From Takakia lepidozioides (lineage: Eukaryota > Plantae > Bryophyta), in the NCBI GenBank assembly GCA_030704615.1, contig CM060733.1, positions 5,208,001 to 5,272,000 of the forward strand: 64,000 nucleotides of DNA, given 5' to 3'. A program made the translations under genes and the position numbers. Numbering within the stretch: the first letter of the stretch is position 1; each line of letters starts with the position of its first letter. Of this stretch, positions 24,593 through 37,950 are shown piece after piece. The notes beneath the pieces are model-generated. The model did no database searches. It was not told the DNA's origin and worked only from the letters and a program-made list of their open reading frames with translations.

Positions 24593-27500
24593 TTACTGTT
24601 TGGGATTAGCAAACATTTGTGAGCGAGCACCCTTCTGACGGTGAGAATCTTGTGAAGGACTCCGTGTGCGATCCCGAGTCCTGTCACTGGCTGATGGAGA
24701 TGATTGAGCACTACCTGGAAATGTCTGACCCTCCTTTGGCTGATAACGAGGTAATCTCTCAGGCATAGGAGATCCCCGTCTTTTCTTCTCTGCCATCTGA
24801 AGTGCATAGTCCTCTGCCATGTCAAAAGAGTCCTCTGAAGAAACAGTAGTATCAGAATCCTCGTCCCCCCTTAGGTGTTTTAACGGCCGAACTTTAAGTG
24901 GAATCATGTGTGGCATACAATAAGGTCCCACCATGTCTGGAAGTTTAAACTCTACAACTTGCTGTAAGCGCTTGCAAGCAAAATTAGGTGAGAGGTGTGC
25001 CAATAACTTTGGAACAGTGTAAGTATTTCCAGGCTTCATGTCCCTTAAAGAAAATATCCTCAGGGCCGAATTTCTGTGTTGTCAAATTGTTCCAGCCGAA
25101 TTAAACCATGAACGAAGTTGGGAATCCTTCTGCATCATAACTTTTGCATCGTATAGGTACATATGAGGTGGCACTGAAGGTAAGACCCAATGATCCCCAC
25201 TGGAATAACTCAGAAATCGTGATTGCATCTTCTGCTGCTCAATGTGATAACGTGCCATAAAACAAACAGCATAGTATAATCCATAACCATGACAATACTA
25301 GATACCTCCTTGGTCTTGGTATAGATGTACCCATGTACAACCTGGAAGGCAATTAATTTCTTCAGCATGGTGCCTCAGACTAGTTACTCGCAAAGTGATG
25401 ATCCTCAATGGGTCGATTGTTCGAAAGAACCTTAGTCCGAGTTGCCACCGGCAACCAAATGCGCATGATCTGGTAGTAATGTGCCAATGACTGCGGAGGA
25501 TTAAATTCCTTCCAAGCCAAATCCAGCACAATGGGAATTTGGTTGAAGGGCATAATCATAGCCCGACTGTACTCCCGTGCAGCAGGAGTTCGAGGTGGGT
25601 TAAAAGCAGCATCTCCCCATACCTTAGGCTGTGGTTTGGCTATAGTAGCAACATGGTCAGCTACCTGCACAGACACCTACTGTGGTATTGGTACCACTGG
25701 CCCTTCTACCACTGACATCTCCTGCACCCCCTGCGAAGAAGACTGAAAAATTAGAGTCATGGCATGTAAATAAGTAGCCATCAGCTGCTCCTCAGGAACA
25801 AAGACTCTCTTGTCAATATTTGAACTCAGGTGGGTCTGCAGGCCTTCCACATCCTCATGTAGCTCCGCTATGCTACTATAGACATTGTCTATAGTAGTTG
25901 TGACAATGTTCTGCACCTGCAATCTGAGCTCATTCATCTTGCCCTGGGTGAGCTTCCGTGGTGCTTTGCCTTCTACCGGCCCTTGTGCTAACCAGACCTG
26001 CATAAGGTGGTTATCCGCCAAGTCCTGTGTAGCTCCCCTGAGAGTCTGCTCCTCCGTGAGTCTGTACACATCTAAATGCTGCTGTAAAGCCTCCATGCGC
26101 TTCGCATGAGGTTCAACCAGGCCCGCATAGGCAGCAGCCAGATTATTGGCTTCCTTCCAAGCCTTGTTAGCCACAGAGAGTTCATTTCTATTGACCATGA
26201 CTGTTTGTTGCAACTCCAGGATGTACCTCTCCTAATCAGCCTCAACCTGTCTGTACTGTTTGAAAGTATTCTCATTGCGACAGATTGTATCCTTCATATC
26301 AACAATGAGTTTCGCTTGTTCTATTATCTCAGCTTCTACCCTCATACATCTCTCCCCTTGTCTGTTAACTTCTAATGCAGTTTGCTCTAGAGTAGTTGTG
26401 AGTGTAGCACATTGTATGGTCATCCTCTGATGTACTGCCTCCAACTCTGTATGTAGTACGTTCACTTCTTGCAACTTCACCTCATGCTTCACCTGCAATT
26501 GGTATAACTGTTGCTTATGTGCTTCATGCAATTGGTCCTGCTCGAGACCTGCTTCAATCAAATGTCCCTTGGCCAACTGCAAGGCAGGCTTTGTGTCCTC
26601 CAACTCTTGCTGTAACTTGAGATTGACCTCCTCATCTACCTTGTTAGCACGCTCAGTGGCAATTTGAGCCTCAAACTCCTTCCTGAGTTCCTCCCTCAAA
26701 GCTGCCAATTGGGTAGATGGAACATAGGATTTCACATAAGTGCCCAACAAATTAAGTGTCCTGCTTATGGAACTCATAAGCATGGCCTGCTGGGGGTCAT
26801 CATGGTGAACTTGCTGTTGTTCTCCTTGATCCTCCACAGTGTGATGCCTCACCAACCATTCAGGCCATTGCCCCACCAGATCCTCTTCCTGAACCACCTC
26901 ATCCTCCACAGATGTTGCAGTGTTCTTATATTCTGCCCCTGGTACCTCCGTCACAGGTGTGGGTATTATATGCACAGCAGGGTTTTCCCTGGATAAACAC
27001 TACACCTCTGGAACCACTGATTCCCTTACCAAGCCAGAGTTTTCATAGAGAAGGTCACCCTTCTCAATTTCGGCCACGACCTGCTCTGTAGTGGGAATGT
27101 CAAACCTTTCTCCATCCAGAGTAATTGGGGGTGGTGTCACAGCATGTTCTAACTGTGGAACCTCTAAGACAACTGAGTCAACTAGTTGTGGTGGCTGTGG
27201 TACCGAATTGACTTCCTCTTCCCTCTCCGAAGGCCGTGCTTCCAATAATAACAGCCCTCTGTGCTGCTGTGCCCCATCCTGCACAAGAGCTTGGGAAACA
27301 TCATCTTGCGGTTTCCGTGAAGCCAGTGGATCCGCCACTACAGTCATACCCCACTTCTGTCTCTTAGACTGGTGTTGCCCTGCCAGTCCACCCTCACTAT
27401 GTGAAGAGCCCTGCTCTTCAATTGCAGTGGTTACTGCCTCAAACACTCCCATCTCCTTACGTGCCCGAGTATCAAGTATGCAAGAGTCAAGAATGATTTG

Positions 27501-28313
27501 GGCAATGACTGGACCAGACACAATGATCGGAGACTTAGCAGCAGTGCCATGTAACCTCTTCATCTCGTCCACCAGACCATTGTACATTAACTCCGCCCAA
27601 GCTACATCCTCTCCCCTCAAAGCTTTCAGGATCTCCTCTATGAATGACCTGCTCAAATATTGTTGGTTCTATTTCATGGCAAACAGAACGTTCAATATTT
27701 GGCCAACTTCTCTGAGCCCTGGGTACTTGGCTTTGGTACAAGCGTGACCTTGAGTCTTAAAGAAACTCCCTTCTTGGAACAAATTCCCTATCTGCAATCT
27801 TGCCATGTGCTCATCCACATCCACATGACCTGATGGCAAATCAAACAATTGCTGCAAGTACTGGGGAGTAATTTCTATATCTACTCCCCTCACCTGGGTA
27901 ACTCCTGTCCGAGGCTCAAAGTTCTGAAGAAATTGAATCATATACTGCCGATGATGCAAGGACCAGTCCTTGCGTAGCAGCCCCTCCAATCGCAACTCCC
28001 TCAGGAGCAGCACTGCCTGCGGTGTAACAATTGTTTGCTTCTGCAGAATCGTGGTGCTCTTCACCCTGATATCCTCCATTCCCCTCACTCTCTTCATTCT
28101 AAACAAACAAAAAGGCCTTGTTTGAAACAGCTGAAGGAAAGCTTGCAGGGCACAGAGCATGAAGGTATGGTTGGCACAGAATGGAAAAGGTAAGTGCGTG
28201 TAAGCCTGTGGGGCTTGCAAATATCGAGTGAGAGAAAATGTTCTCTCAATTTGTCCGTCCTTGCGCCACTGCGTGAGAAGTAAAGCGAGTGTGTAATCCA
28301 TTACATCCGCCAT
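24593..28313 (-). pseudogene. Extra ORF of gypsy copy 2 (paralogue of 1715-5475)
   Basis: ORF pieces 27669..28547, 27000..27656, 26232..26975, 25677..26213, 25380..25676 and 24593..25039 are highly similar to copy 1. Confidence 0.75.
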
Positions 28314-28714
28314 AGCTACAAAGCTAGTGCTTCGATTGCCCCTCCCGTCGAGACACTGGCTATTCGGAGCCACCCCGACTCTTCCGCTTATAACACTTCC
28401 AATTACTTGTTCTTGTTTCTTGGAAGGAACCACTTGCATGAAATTCTCACTCCTGATTGGCTGTTGCCTGCTTAGGTAACTTCTTAATTCCACCCCCTCC
28501 GTGGACATTCCCACCTGGATTGTCCAGTAGGACAGCACATGTGGCATAAGTCCCTCTTTTCTGTACTCGAAAAAGGTTCCGTTACCCTTGCCCTGAATGC
28601 ATTAATGAGCCCACAAATAGTCTTAGCTGATGTACTGGGTAGGTCCTTTGACGGCCCGATTTGTCCTCTTGCATGATGAGACCTACTCCTGCAATTTATG
28701 CAGTGCGGTGTGTT

Positions 28715-29453
28715 CTTTCCTGCCTTCATGTTATCAATTTACCTTACCGTGTATACTGAAGCATCAGATTGCTTCAGTATCTACTAAGTTCCAATTAATC
28801 ATGCATTCATTCCACAGCTTCTCTCGTGTCTCTCTACACAGTATGTTTGTATCGATTCAGTATCGGATTAAGATTAATCATGTATCATGCCTACGCCATG
28901 GTGTCTCTATTTTATCCTACTTTATAATTCTACAGCTTGCATGAACTAAGCCTCATTCAAGTCATCATCTCCTCTTCACTATTTCCCGCTCTCCATTACG
29001 TTTATTCCTCCCTTCCACAAGTCGCCCTCTCCAGAAGTGATCCCCTTCCTGTTGCCGCTCTCTTAATCTACCCGCAAGCTGTTCTAACCACCTAACTAAC
29101 TAACCGTCACCCCTAAAGTAACACGTTCCCTGTGCAGATGTCGTTCCCTCACAGTCGTTCCCTGTCAATGATAACTGTTCCCCATGTACTGTGACAGGCT
29201 GTGTGAAGCTGTGTCGAGCTGTGACTGGCTGTGTAAAGCTGTGTCGGACTGTGACTGGCTATGCAAAGCTGTGTCGGGCTGTATGAAGCTGTGTCGGGCT
29301 GTGACTGGCTGTGTGAAGCTGTGTCGGGCTGTGTAACCCCCCTAAAGCCTGCTCTTGCCACCCCTAAGGCTCCTGTTGGTCTCAGTCTGCGCAAAAATTA
29401 AGGGTACCCCACAAAACCCATTAAAGCGTCTAAGTCCTAGCAGCCCTCTAACA
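28715..29453 (-). repeat. 5' LTR of gypsy copy 2, lacking its inner (U5) ~150 bp
   Basis: LTR homology begins at TTCCTGCCTTCATG (~28717). Confidence 0.88.
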
Positions 29454-31672
29454 TCTTCCCATAGTCAGTTTCCAATATCTCCCTAATGACACCCACGTAT
29501 CGCAGGCTTTCTACCACCTCCTTTCTTGCACTGTTTGTAGATACATGGTGGAAAAGAGATGACACCCCTGAGTCATATGACACTCTACTTGTGCCAATAT
29601 TGGTTGAAGACACCCTGTAGTGGTTTCCATAAGCTGACATGCTATTGTATGAAGTTGCAATGATCGAGGGAGGTCTGGACAGGTCCAACATTTGGCAATA
29701 CATGGGATCAGATTCGGAATTGGGAATTCTTGCCACATGTGAGCGCACAACATCAACCAGCCAGTCTGCAAATTTGGGAAGAAGAGCCAAGTCAGGTGGG
29801 TACTCATAGTCCTCCCCATGAGCTGCCCTCCCTTCAGCACGTTCTTCTTGCAGAAACAACCAGCGACTTGCCTCCACACGTGCTCAAATTGTTTCATACA
29901 TCCTGACATATATGAATGTGTCCCTCCCTGAGAACCAACACGTGCACATAATGCAATTACATGACAACCAACAACTACAAACAGGCATAAACATCAACAA
30001 TGAACTGTTGCATTGACACCATTGTTAATGAGCTTCTCACTTACTCGAACATGGTGCGCATGCTAGGATAGTTTTCAATGATGTACTGGTGGAGAACTGA
30101 ACACAGGTCTGCCGTGAATTTGCGGGGTTTCCCTGCTCCTTCCAACACGCAGCCAGACACGGATTCCTCCTCTCCTGCATCCCACACTCTTCGTCGAGTA
30201 GCATCAAAACTGGCCATGTACTCTGTGCAAAAGCCAAGAGCCTCCTCAAACATGTAGCCCTTGGCCATACTGCCTTTGGGCTTTGCCATGTTGCGAACGT
30301 ACCCTCTGTAATCCTTCATAGCCCGCTCCACATGGTACATCCACCGGGAGGTCACAGGGCCACACAAATCCAGCTCGTCAACTAGGTGAATAAGCAAATG
30401 CGTCATTATATCAAAAAAAGAGGGTGGGAACTCTTTTTTAAGGAGGTAGAGTGTGACAGTCACCTCCTTCTTCAGCTCTTCATGCTCGCTGGGATCAACC
30501 ACTTTTGCACAGAGTTTGTGAAACACTCGGGATACTCGCAATATGGCATTTCGTACGCCCTTAGCCATTAAACCACATAGATCAAGAGGGAGAACTTGCT
30601 GCATAAGCACATGGTAGTCATGTGAGAGAACATGTTTTTTAAAGGCAGATGCATACCCCGTTGGCACTTTCAGCTTTGTGATTGTGTTCAGGAACACCCT
30701 CAACTCATCTCCTGTGAGCACATACGACACTGCGGGCATCACGAATGTGTTCTCCCTCGTGGGATGCCTTTGCAACCACAGGTGGGGACAAATGCCTTGT
30801 AGCTCAAAGTCACGACGCACCTTCATGGTATCCTTTTCCCCAAAAATTGTCTTGATGATATTTTCTGTGACAGTCTTCTCGCAAAGCATCATGTCAATGG
30901 TGTGGCAGATTAGTAGGTGCTGCAATTCATGTGCCAAAACGATTCACAATAAAGTCAAATGGTGACACAAATATGCCAACACACTAACACACATCTGTGA
31001 ATAAAAAACAGATGCACAAATATGCGAAATAGACAAGCATGAGTGAGGAGTCCCCGTACCTCCCAATAAGGCAGACGATACAGAATGGACAGCCGCTTGA
31101 CACCATAGATTTTTGAGGGATCAGCCTCTGCGATTGATTCCTCATCCTCAACCCATTTTGAGTATTCCTCAGCACGCGTCTTGATTTCACTGCCTGTCAG
31201 GAGCAGTGGAGCATGTCTCATTTCTCGTTCGCCATTGAAGAGCCTAGATCTCCTGTATGCATGGTCGGTGAGAAGAAATCTCCGGTGCCCCTGGAATATA
31301 ATTTTGTGACAAGCTGCCGAATACCAACTCCAGAGCCACATGCACGGCAACCTACATAGCCTTGGTGAACTTGACCTGCTAGCAGGCCGTATGCAGGGAA
31401 GTCACAAGAAAGTATCCAAAAACAGGTAATAGATATGAGGAGAAGCTGTGGGATGAATACTCTGCTGACCCCAGTAAATGGGGGGACAACCGAGGCAAAA
31501 AGGTGAATGCTTGTCAGATTACAGAGAGTAGCAGATGTAATTGACCATAGGCACTAGTGTGATTAGTTGAGTTGGGTGCAATTACTCTCCCTTTCCTCTT
31601 TGCTTCTGTTTGTTATTCAAAGGTAGGATCCCTGCCCTGAGTTACATTAAATCAGTCTGGTGAGCAACTGTT

Positions 31673-31987
31673 GTGCAAAGGGTGAAGCCCAACCACATCA
31701 CGTTTGTTTGTGTTTGCAATGCGTGTGCAAGGCTGGGAGCTCTAGAAAAGGGGAAGGAGGTCCATGGTGACATCGTCAAAGCTGGATTTGTACCAGATGT
31801 CATTCTGAACCCTGCCATGGTGGACATGTATGCCAAATGTGGGTGCATTGAGGATGCCAAGGGAGTGTTCAACACTATGGTTGAACGAGAAGTGGTGTCG
31901 TGGAACGCGATGCTTGCAGGATGTGCAGAGCAGGAGCGCGAGATGAGGCTTTGGAGACCTGAAAGAAAATTATGGGGGAAGGGGTGA
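31673..31987 (+). pseudogene. PLS-class pentatricopeptide repeat gene fragment
   Basis: KPNHITFVCVCNACARLGALEKGKEVH...AMVDMYAKCGCIEDAKGVFNTMVEREVVSWNAML. Only about 2-3 repeats remain. Confidence 0.85.
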
Positions 31988-33275
31988 AGCTCGACGATGA
32001 GCAATAGACAAGAATGAGCAAGTCAAAGTGGTAGTGGGATGGACGGCAGCTTGGGTGGTTGGGACAATGCAGTTGGGCAGTCTCGCGCCTAAAGAGTCGC
32101 AGTACTTATAACCAACAATGAGCGTCTACAGAGTGCTGGATCCCGTCATCTATATATGTGCCATGGTGTTTTGAAATGTGGGAAGTTGGATGTAGTCTGA
32201 TGGGAGGACTAAAATTGGTTCACTTGAAAGTCTAGGCAAGTCAATGGATCAATTCATGGAAAGCACCAGCATGAATTTGGGCTTTGTCACGCCTGTTTTT
32301 ATTTCAGGTTGATCGAAGCTTGCGGGGAATGGAGCCATCAATCGTGGCGTCATTTCCATGCATAAAGTACAACCATTCAGTCTTTGCTTCGAAGGAAGAC
32401 ACACAGTAAGCATCATGACCTCCGCTGTTCCTCTTTCTCTCATCCCTCCTCCATAGCTGCGTGATATTAGAAATATCGTTCCTATAATCCCTGGTGGTTA
32501 TATTGGGAGCCAATGCCCCTTACGCGGAACATTTTCTCTAATCAGCCAGTAGTTGTGTTTGTTGTGCTGCTAAGTACTTTAAGTTCTCAAATGTACAGGG
32601 TAACTCGGGGCTTCCTTATTGATAAAAGCTTCGTGATACTTGAGAGAGAATTTGTGTAAGTGCCATAAAAATGGGCAGTCAGACAGTTTGGGGCAGGAGA
32701 GGGCTAACATGAATTAAGTGTAGTGAGCTCTCATCCAACAGTACTAGCATTTGCTGGTGTTAGCTGTAGTTCAGTGAAGAATTTCATGCTACTGTTCCCT
32801 ACCTGCAATTTTCCATTTTGCACACATCAAGTTTGTGTAATGGTGCTTAGACATATTCTTAGCGATGTTAGTTTGTTTCACATATGTCAATGTTGTTGTT
32901 GCTATATTGCCTGAAAGCTTGCTCATGTATCTTCTGGTGTTTTCGGGTTGGATGGCAGTTGAAGGTGGGTGACCAAGTCCGGCCAAGCCAACGTATACAT
33001 CTTTTGCTCAGGCATTTGGAAGTCTACTTAGACTTTGCAGCTTTGTGCATTTTTGTAGCAGCACCGGATTAGATTATGGAACGGGTCTCTTAACATTAAG
33101 TCACGTTGTATTTGAATCGATGTTCCAATTTCAAATGTGTTTTCATGTTTCAATGGTGTTTTCGTATGCTTTCAATGGTGCTTTTGTGTTTCAATCTACG
33201 GTCATGTACACGACTACCTCCCATCCACAGAGCCTCCGCCACGTGCCACTTTCACCCCTCGTGTTCGCCCATACT

Positions 33276-34350
33276 TGTTAGAGGGCTGCTTGGGACTTAG
33301 ACGCTTTTACGGGTTCTGTGGGGTACCATTAATTTTTGCGCAGACTGAGACCAGCAGGAGCCTTATGGGTGGCAGGAGCAGGCTTTAGGGGGGTTAGACA
33401 GCTCGTCATAGTCTATCACAGCCAGACACAGCTTTACACAGCCAGTCATAGCTCGACACAGCTTGACACAGCCTATCACAGTACATGAGGAACAATTATC
33501 ATTGACAAGGAACGACTGTGTGGGAACGACATCTGCAGAGGGAACGTGTTACTTCAGGGGTGACGGTTAGTTAGTTAGGTGGTTAGAACAGCTTGCGGGT
33601 AGATTAGGCAGAGCGGCAACAGGAAGGGGATCACTTCTTGAGGAGGGCGACTTGTTCAAGGGAGGAGGAGACATAATGGAGAGCGGAAACAGTGAAGAGG
33701 AGATGATGACTTGATTAAGGCTTAATTCATGCAAGCTGTAAATTATACAGTAGGATAGATTAGGGACACCATGGCGTAGGCATGATACATGATTAATCTT
33801 AATCCGATACTGAATCGATACAAACATACTGTGTAGAGAGACATGAGAGAAGCTGTGGAATGAATGCATGATTAATTGGAACTTAGTAGATACTGAAGCA
33901 ATCTGATGCTTCAGTATACACGGTAAGGTAAATTGATAACATGAAGGCAAGAAGGAATACAAATAGGAAGCACAACCATGATTCACTAGCTGTAGGTCAT
34001 GACTGATTGTTCTGAGCGGGCTGAGTGCTTAGAGATATCCAACTCTTCTATCTTGGAGTTTCCACCTCGGATAGCGAAGGGATGGGTGAGTAAAAGCCGC
34101 TCGACATTTGGCGACCATACTGGGGAACTGGGTCATGAACAACCAGATGTGATAGGCATCTGGTGGGATCATGGTGGTTGGAGAATTAAAGAATTTGATG
34201 TGAATCAAATTCCCTGTGGAACTGAGAAGAAAAGATTGTCCAAACAATTCTTTCAGAGGTTCTTGGAATTGCCAGACGGTTGTAAAGAAAACATTCTTAA
34301 GAGAGTGCATGATGCTGACCCTGAGTGGGGTCTGGAGAAAGGAGTGATAA
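33276..34350 (+). mobile_element. Gypsy copy 3: 5' LTR (33276-34106), PBS (34109-34126) and gag start, truncated
   Basis: Reverse-complement homologue of 13873-15146. Confidence 0.9.
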
Positions 34351-34972
34351 AGATTTATCAGGCGGCCTGTAGAGGAAGAGCATGTTGGTTACCAACACTG
34401 GTTTATGTGATAGCATTGCTATCCATTAAGCGAGTAGAGTTTGAAGGCTGGGAGGAAATGAAGGTGAATGTTTATACTCATATGCATGAGGAGCTTGTAC
34501 TGGTGAAGAATTGGATTCCAAAGGATATTCTGTGGATCAAACTCACACCAAGAACAACTTTTCAGACTTGTTTGCCATATGGTTATATGGTAACGGAGAC
34601 TTCTAGTATAGCCCTTGACTCGTTAAACCTTTCAACCAAATTTCAATCATGAATCATTTAATAGGGAAACTATGGTTCACCCTTAGAACCATTTTAGATT
34701 GACCTCATACTTGTCCGGTAACTTAAAGAGGGCATGTACAACACACTCCCAAAGTTTCAAATCAATCTAAAATCATTTGGCAGGGGAACGATTGGTTCAC
34801 CCATTGACCCGGTGTACACTGTCACTCTTCAAGATTCGTGGGTGTGGTGCTTGATTATCCCATATGATGGACCCAGGTGCCATGGCCAAGTAACAAACCA
34901 TTAAAACATTATGGTACGAGACAAACACGATTGAAAACAACATTTATTCAAACATGATGTAGCGTCAGAGGT

Positions 34973-36648
34973 CTACAAGTTTCTATCCATCCTCCAACAA
35001 TTTTTGGGCTCAGGCCAATTGAATAGCCCCGTCATGAAACGCTTCACAATATTTTCTAGTTTGTACCACAACTCTACTGTGTCTACACACAAGTTTTCCA
35101 GAGCGGAAGCAAAACAGGTTCCAGTAGACATATCGTTGAATAGGCTTGCATCGAACGTGTTACCCCCATTTATTGCCTGGGCTATCTTCCCAATTGCAAA
35201 GGTCTCTGATGGCACGGTTAGAGGGGGCCTACGAGGTGTGCCATCTGACTGGTTGTTGGCTACATTATGAACAATTACAATTTCAGGTGCAATCCACCAT
35301 CTATGTGCGAGAGTCTTTATCATCTTGTCTCTGCTCTCGAAAATGTACAACGTGGTTTTTGGGTCATCCGTCGTGGAGGCCATCCCCCAATCGCATACCC
35401 CGATGTACACATCTTCAGACCCTTGTGGAAAATGCAACAAGATGTTGTCGGGGGACATGTCGTTGTGCAAGAGGTGGTGATTATGGACGTTGAGCATGAT
35501 GTGCAAAAGCGCCCATGCCAATTGGGTGCGATTCTGTCGGAATCGAACCAGTCGGTTGACCTCTTGCATTTCCTGCTCCGTCCTCCGTCGTTCCATTAAC
35601 TCCCTGTTATCCCGATCATTCCCCCATTTTCTGTCAATACTCAACCATGATCGTATGGTCCCCCCATTCCACCAATGTGTATAACCTTTATTTCGACGTG
35701 GATGCAATGCAAAATACTTTATGATGCCGAAATGATGGAACTTTACAGCCAACGCCTCATTGTTATGTTGGACTTTGGCAAGCTCAGCATTTGTTTCCCT
35801 AGGCGTTTTCCCTGCTAGCTCCCAAGATGGAGGAATGAATTGATCCCCAACAATTCTAACCCTCCGAATTGTACCATACCCTCCCTGTTTGGGCGCGTCG
35901 AGTTGTTGTACATGTGCGTTTGTGGATATGTATCTCACGTTCAATGCCGCATCCGCGGACGAGGACCCTGCCTTCCATGGGAGTGGTTTTGTACGTCGTT
36001 TGGCGTGGGCCTTTGCCATGTCAGACCGCCAATCCACAAGCATAAAGAACTCCTCCTCCGAAGTTGGCATGCGATCTTCAGCTACATGTGTTCTCGTAAC
36101 AAACTTGTCCATGGTTTGCCTCAGATTCCATGTGGCATCATGGGCCCGGTCCTCCATCCATTTCGTGAACTGGAACTTCGCCCTGTCCTCCTCCCATTCA
36201 TCCCCGGCCAAAGCCTCCTTCATTCTCATCTCCATATTGTGTTGGAATCTAAGAAACCCCTTATTCCTATGTCGGACATACAAAAGATTCAAACGCATTA
36301 TGTCATCGTCCTTCAAATAATCCAGCACTACTTGCTTCACCACCTTCGTGGCCTCTACGCTTGGATAGTCTTTTTTGTTGACCTGACTATCCCGTTAATG
36401 TGCATGTTTACGCTTCCTATCTTTACGCCCACTTCCCGAGGAACCCCCTGACACTGCGTTCGAAGCAACGTTTCCGGACATGGTGAAAGTAGTCGGGGAA
36501 TAGACGCGGCTTTGTAACGGAAAACTAAACCCAGACTATTGATAACCTTATATACTAGCATACCAATTTCCTCACCCTCTATTGGTATAGTACCCAAAGC
36601 AAACTCTCCCGCAGTCCGAGGAAAAAAAGGCAAAAACTCCTCCCCCAC
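34973..36648 (-). CDS. Intronless protein kinase (456-aa ORF 34973..36343, with a probable frameshifted N-terminal extension to ~36648)
   Basis: KQGGYGTI (Gly loop), LAGK (beta3 Lys), NNEALA (alphaC Glu), HNDMSPDNILL (catalytic loop), DWG and APE. Confidence 0.85.
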
Positions 36649-36769
36649 ACAAATCCACTATCTCCCCCCCCCCACTCTCAGTCCTCGCCACCGAAGTTCA
36701 AACTCCAAGAAACCCTAGAACTGCACTCACAGAGAGGGAAAAAAGTGGGTTGGGAATGAGGGGTAGGTC

Positions 36770-37950
36770 TGGCGTGCGACCGCCTCTGCTGCCCATTCAC
36801 GCCTCGTCACGTGTCCAAGGAGCGGTCGCACCTAATAACAAAAAAGAAAAAGTCTGCGATCACCACCGGCTGGTGGTCGCACCCATTTAAAAAATAATTA
36901 AAAATGTGCGACCATACCCTGCTGGTGGTCGCACCTATTTAAAAAAAAAGAAAAAGTTGTGACCACCACCTGCTGGTAGTCGCACCCAATTTTTTTTTAA
37001 AAAAAAGAATGTGCGACCACCCTCTACTTGTGGTCGTACCTATTAAAAAAAATGAAAATGCTGCGACCACCACCTGTTGGTGGTCGCACCCATTTAAAAA
37101 ATAAGAAAAAATGTGCGACCACCACCTTCTGGTGGTCCTATTTAAAAAAAATAAAAAATTGTCCGACCAACCTTTGCTGACGGTCGCATGATTGACAATA
37201 TAAATCATAATATATGAATTTTACAGATAATTAAAGAAGTCCACGTAATGAGGCCACATCGGTTGCCACGTCGGTTCTCATAGTAATTAATCAATAGTAA
37301 AGTAAAAAAATAAACATATTTATGTACAGTAACGTCGGTTTAGGACGTGACCTGACGCACGTCCGTCGCTGACGTCAGACATGTCGCTGACGCGTCAACG
37401 CCACATCACGTCCAAATTTGCAACTAAGATTGGCGGTCGCCTAATTTAAAAAAGAAAACAAGCGACTACCGTATTGGTGGTCGCACAATTTTGTAAATAT
37501 GTACAGAACAAGTGACCGCCATATGGCGGTCGGATAATTTTAAAAATATATTAAAAAAACAGCGACTGCCATTGGGCGGTCGCTTAATTTAAAAAATATA
37601 TAGAAAAACAAACGACCACCATAAAATATAAAAATAAAAGCGACCGCCTTACTGGCGGTCGCGTTTTTTTTTTTAAATATTAAAAATAAAAGCGACCACC
37701 ATATTGGCGGTCGCTTTATTTTAAATATATTAACAAATGAAGCAATCGCCATACCGGCAGTCGCATTATATTTTGAAATAAAAAACAATAGCGACCGCCA
37801 TACGGGCGGTCGCTTAAATTTAAAAATATACAAAATAGAAGTGACCGTAATATTGCACAAAATAAAACGAAATAAAAGCGACCGCAGTAATGGCGGTCGC
37901 TTGTTTTTCATTTAAATAAAAAAATAACGACTGTAGTATTAGCGGTCGCT
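36770..37950. repeat. Two blocks of palindromic GCGACC(G/A)CC-Nx-GG(C/T)GGTCGC repeats with A-rich spacers, separated by an ACGT-rich segment
   Basis: Blocks at ~36770-37190 and ~37430-37950 with ~50-bp periodicity. Confidence 0.9.

Larger units (their letters stand above)
23683..29453 (-). mobile_element. Gypsy copy 2: both outer LTR ends and the extra ORF remain; gag-pol and PBS are deleted
   Basis: A perfect 5-bp TSD TCTTC at 23678-23682 and 29454-29458, and a PPT at 24555-24571. Confidence 0.93.
23196..31410 (-). mobile_element. CACTA/En-Spm TnpD transposase pseudogene (Transposase_21, DUF4218 and DUF4216-like regions), split by gypsy copy 2
   Basis: DFPAYGLLAG, GHRRFL, SHDYHVLMQQ, FPPSFFDIMTHL, RWMYHVER, YVGVIREI and DDCGFTLVNF. 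The reading frame rejoins across 23683-29453 (DYGK-TRPIVMLCSWV). Confidence 0.88.

Noticed and set aside
32249-32513. Short minus-strand ORFs near the PPR fragment
   Set aside because: No family could be recognised.
13873-34352. Gypsy copies 1 and 3 appearing to break at the same gag position
   Set aside because: Only copy 1 shows a clear junction. Copy 3 may simply continue further, so no shared breakpoint is demonstrated.
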